Source: Takakia lepidozioides
Lineage: Eukaryota; Plantae; Bryophyta
DNA length: 64,000 bases
Assembly (NCBI GenBank): GCA_030704615.1
Contig: CM060731.1
Coordinates: 23,870,001-23,934,000, forward strand
Direction: 5' to 3'
A program made the position numbers and the translations under genes. Within the stretch, counting starts at the first letter, position 1, and each line of letters opens with the position of its first letter. Below the pieces are notes generated by a model. That model was given only the letters and a program-made list of their open reading frames with translations, had not been told where the DNA came from and ran no database searches. Shown here piece after piece: positions 63,019 to 64,000 of this stretch.

Positions 63019-63767
63019 GCCTCTCATTTTTTAATAATTGGGTCTTGAATGCACCTATGGGCCCCGCCAGTACGGCCCATGGGGTGAGCTCATGAACCCA
63101 CCCCCACTGGGTCTAGATTCTGAATTTTTTTCTAAGTCCTAGTTCTTTAACGGCGGCGGACCTTCTAGTGGACTGGCCAAACCCTCAACAGACTGACTCC
63201 AACTGGCGAGCGGACTGACCAGCACACTGGCGAGTGGCGAGCGGCGAGCGGACTGACTAGCATACTGGCGATTGACGAGCGGATTGGCGATTGGCGAGCG
63301 GATTGACTCAGTCCGGCAGACTGGTGAGCGGACTCACCAGCACAGTGGCGATTTGACGAGCGGACTGACTGGACTCCAACTGGTGCCTAACTCCAACCTT
63401 CAAACCCTCCTCAAACAAAATATACATTTATAAATAACACACATTTCCACCACAATGTCACCTGCTAGGATTTGAACAACAAACCTCACGTTCGATGAAA
63501 GTTGCTCTTCACCGTCACACTAGCCATTGCTTTCTACAAATCCTTGAAATAATTAATTATTTATCTACATATCTTCAGGTGTTTTGTGGGCCCAACAGAC
63601 TGGCTCCCCCTCTCGCTTCCCCTGTGCGCACCCCGGGGCTGCTCACCCGAGCAAACTGACCCCCGGTAGGGGTCACCCCACCTTGCGCGACCCCCTGTGC
63701 CACCCGCGGGCCCCGCCACAACCACATGTGCCCGCATTCAAGTCCCAATTATCAAACAATGAGAAGC
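63019..63767. mobile_element. Non-autonomous MULE (749 bp) related to the large element
   Basis: Ends GCCTCTCATTTTTTAATAATTGGGTCTTGAATGC ... GCATTCAAGTCCCAATTATCAAACAATGAGAAGC; perfect 9-bp TSD AAAAATAAT (63010-63018, 63768-63776); internal CTGGCGAGCGGACTGAC repeats. Confidence 0.88.
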
Positions 63768-64000
63768 AAAAATAATAGGAATAATTAAACACTAAATGCA
63801 GACGGTACTTCAAGGAGCTTGAGCTTTGTTGAGAAAAAGGGATAGATCAATCGGATATTCCACATTGCCCTGGTTATGTACATTAGAAGGTATTTAACTT
63901 CCAAATGAAGACAATAGCATTTTTTTAAATAGTTAAATGGAAACATGTGACTAGCAAAAGAAATTTCTTGCTAGACACTATAGCTCCATGTCAGCGCCCC

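Overview
Eukaryotic plant genomic DNA with GT-AG introns; the MVEQL- calmodulin start and overall gene style look moss/bryophyte-like, but the species cannot be determined. Host genes: 3' part of a CYP85-clan P450 (+), a UBP25-like deubiquitinase (+), a 116-aa protein consisting of the PDCD4/MRF N-terminal motif without MA3 domains (+), a divergent calmodulin with a Lys-rich extension (+), a clade II serine carboxypeptidase-like gene (+), canonical calmodulin (-) and a GT37 fucosyltransferase (-). Relics: an OSB PDF-motif fragment and a PLS/E PPR pseudogene. Transposons: two L1 LINE fragments, a Ty3 RT relic, a Copia with non-canonical TG...TA LTRs nested in a non-autonomous MULE, several MITEs and Helitron ends. 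The largest element is a 12.2-kb long-TIR Mutator (50844-63008). It has an internally inverted SWIM-type transposase, a large accessory gene (zinc finger, unknown domain, Ulp1-like protease) and a short CAGACT/GGACTG motif repeated throughout, reminiscent of the VANDAL anti-silencing architecture. A related non-autonomous MULE sits directly next to it. All coordinates and exon calls were read by eye; no searches were run.
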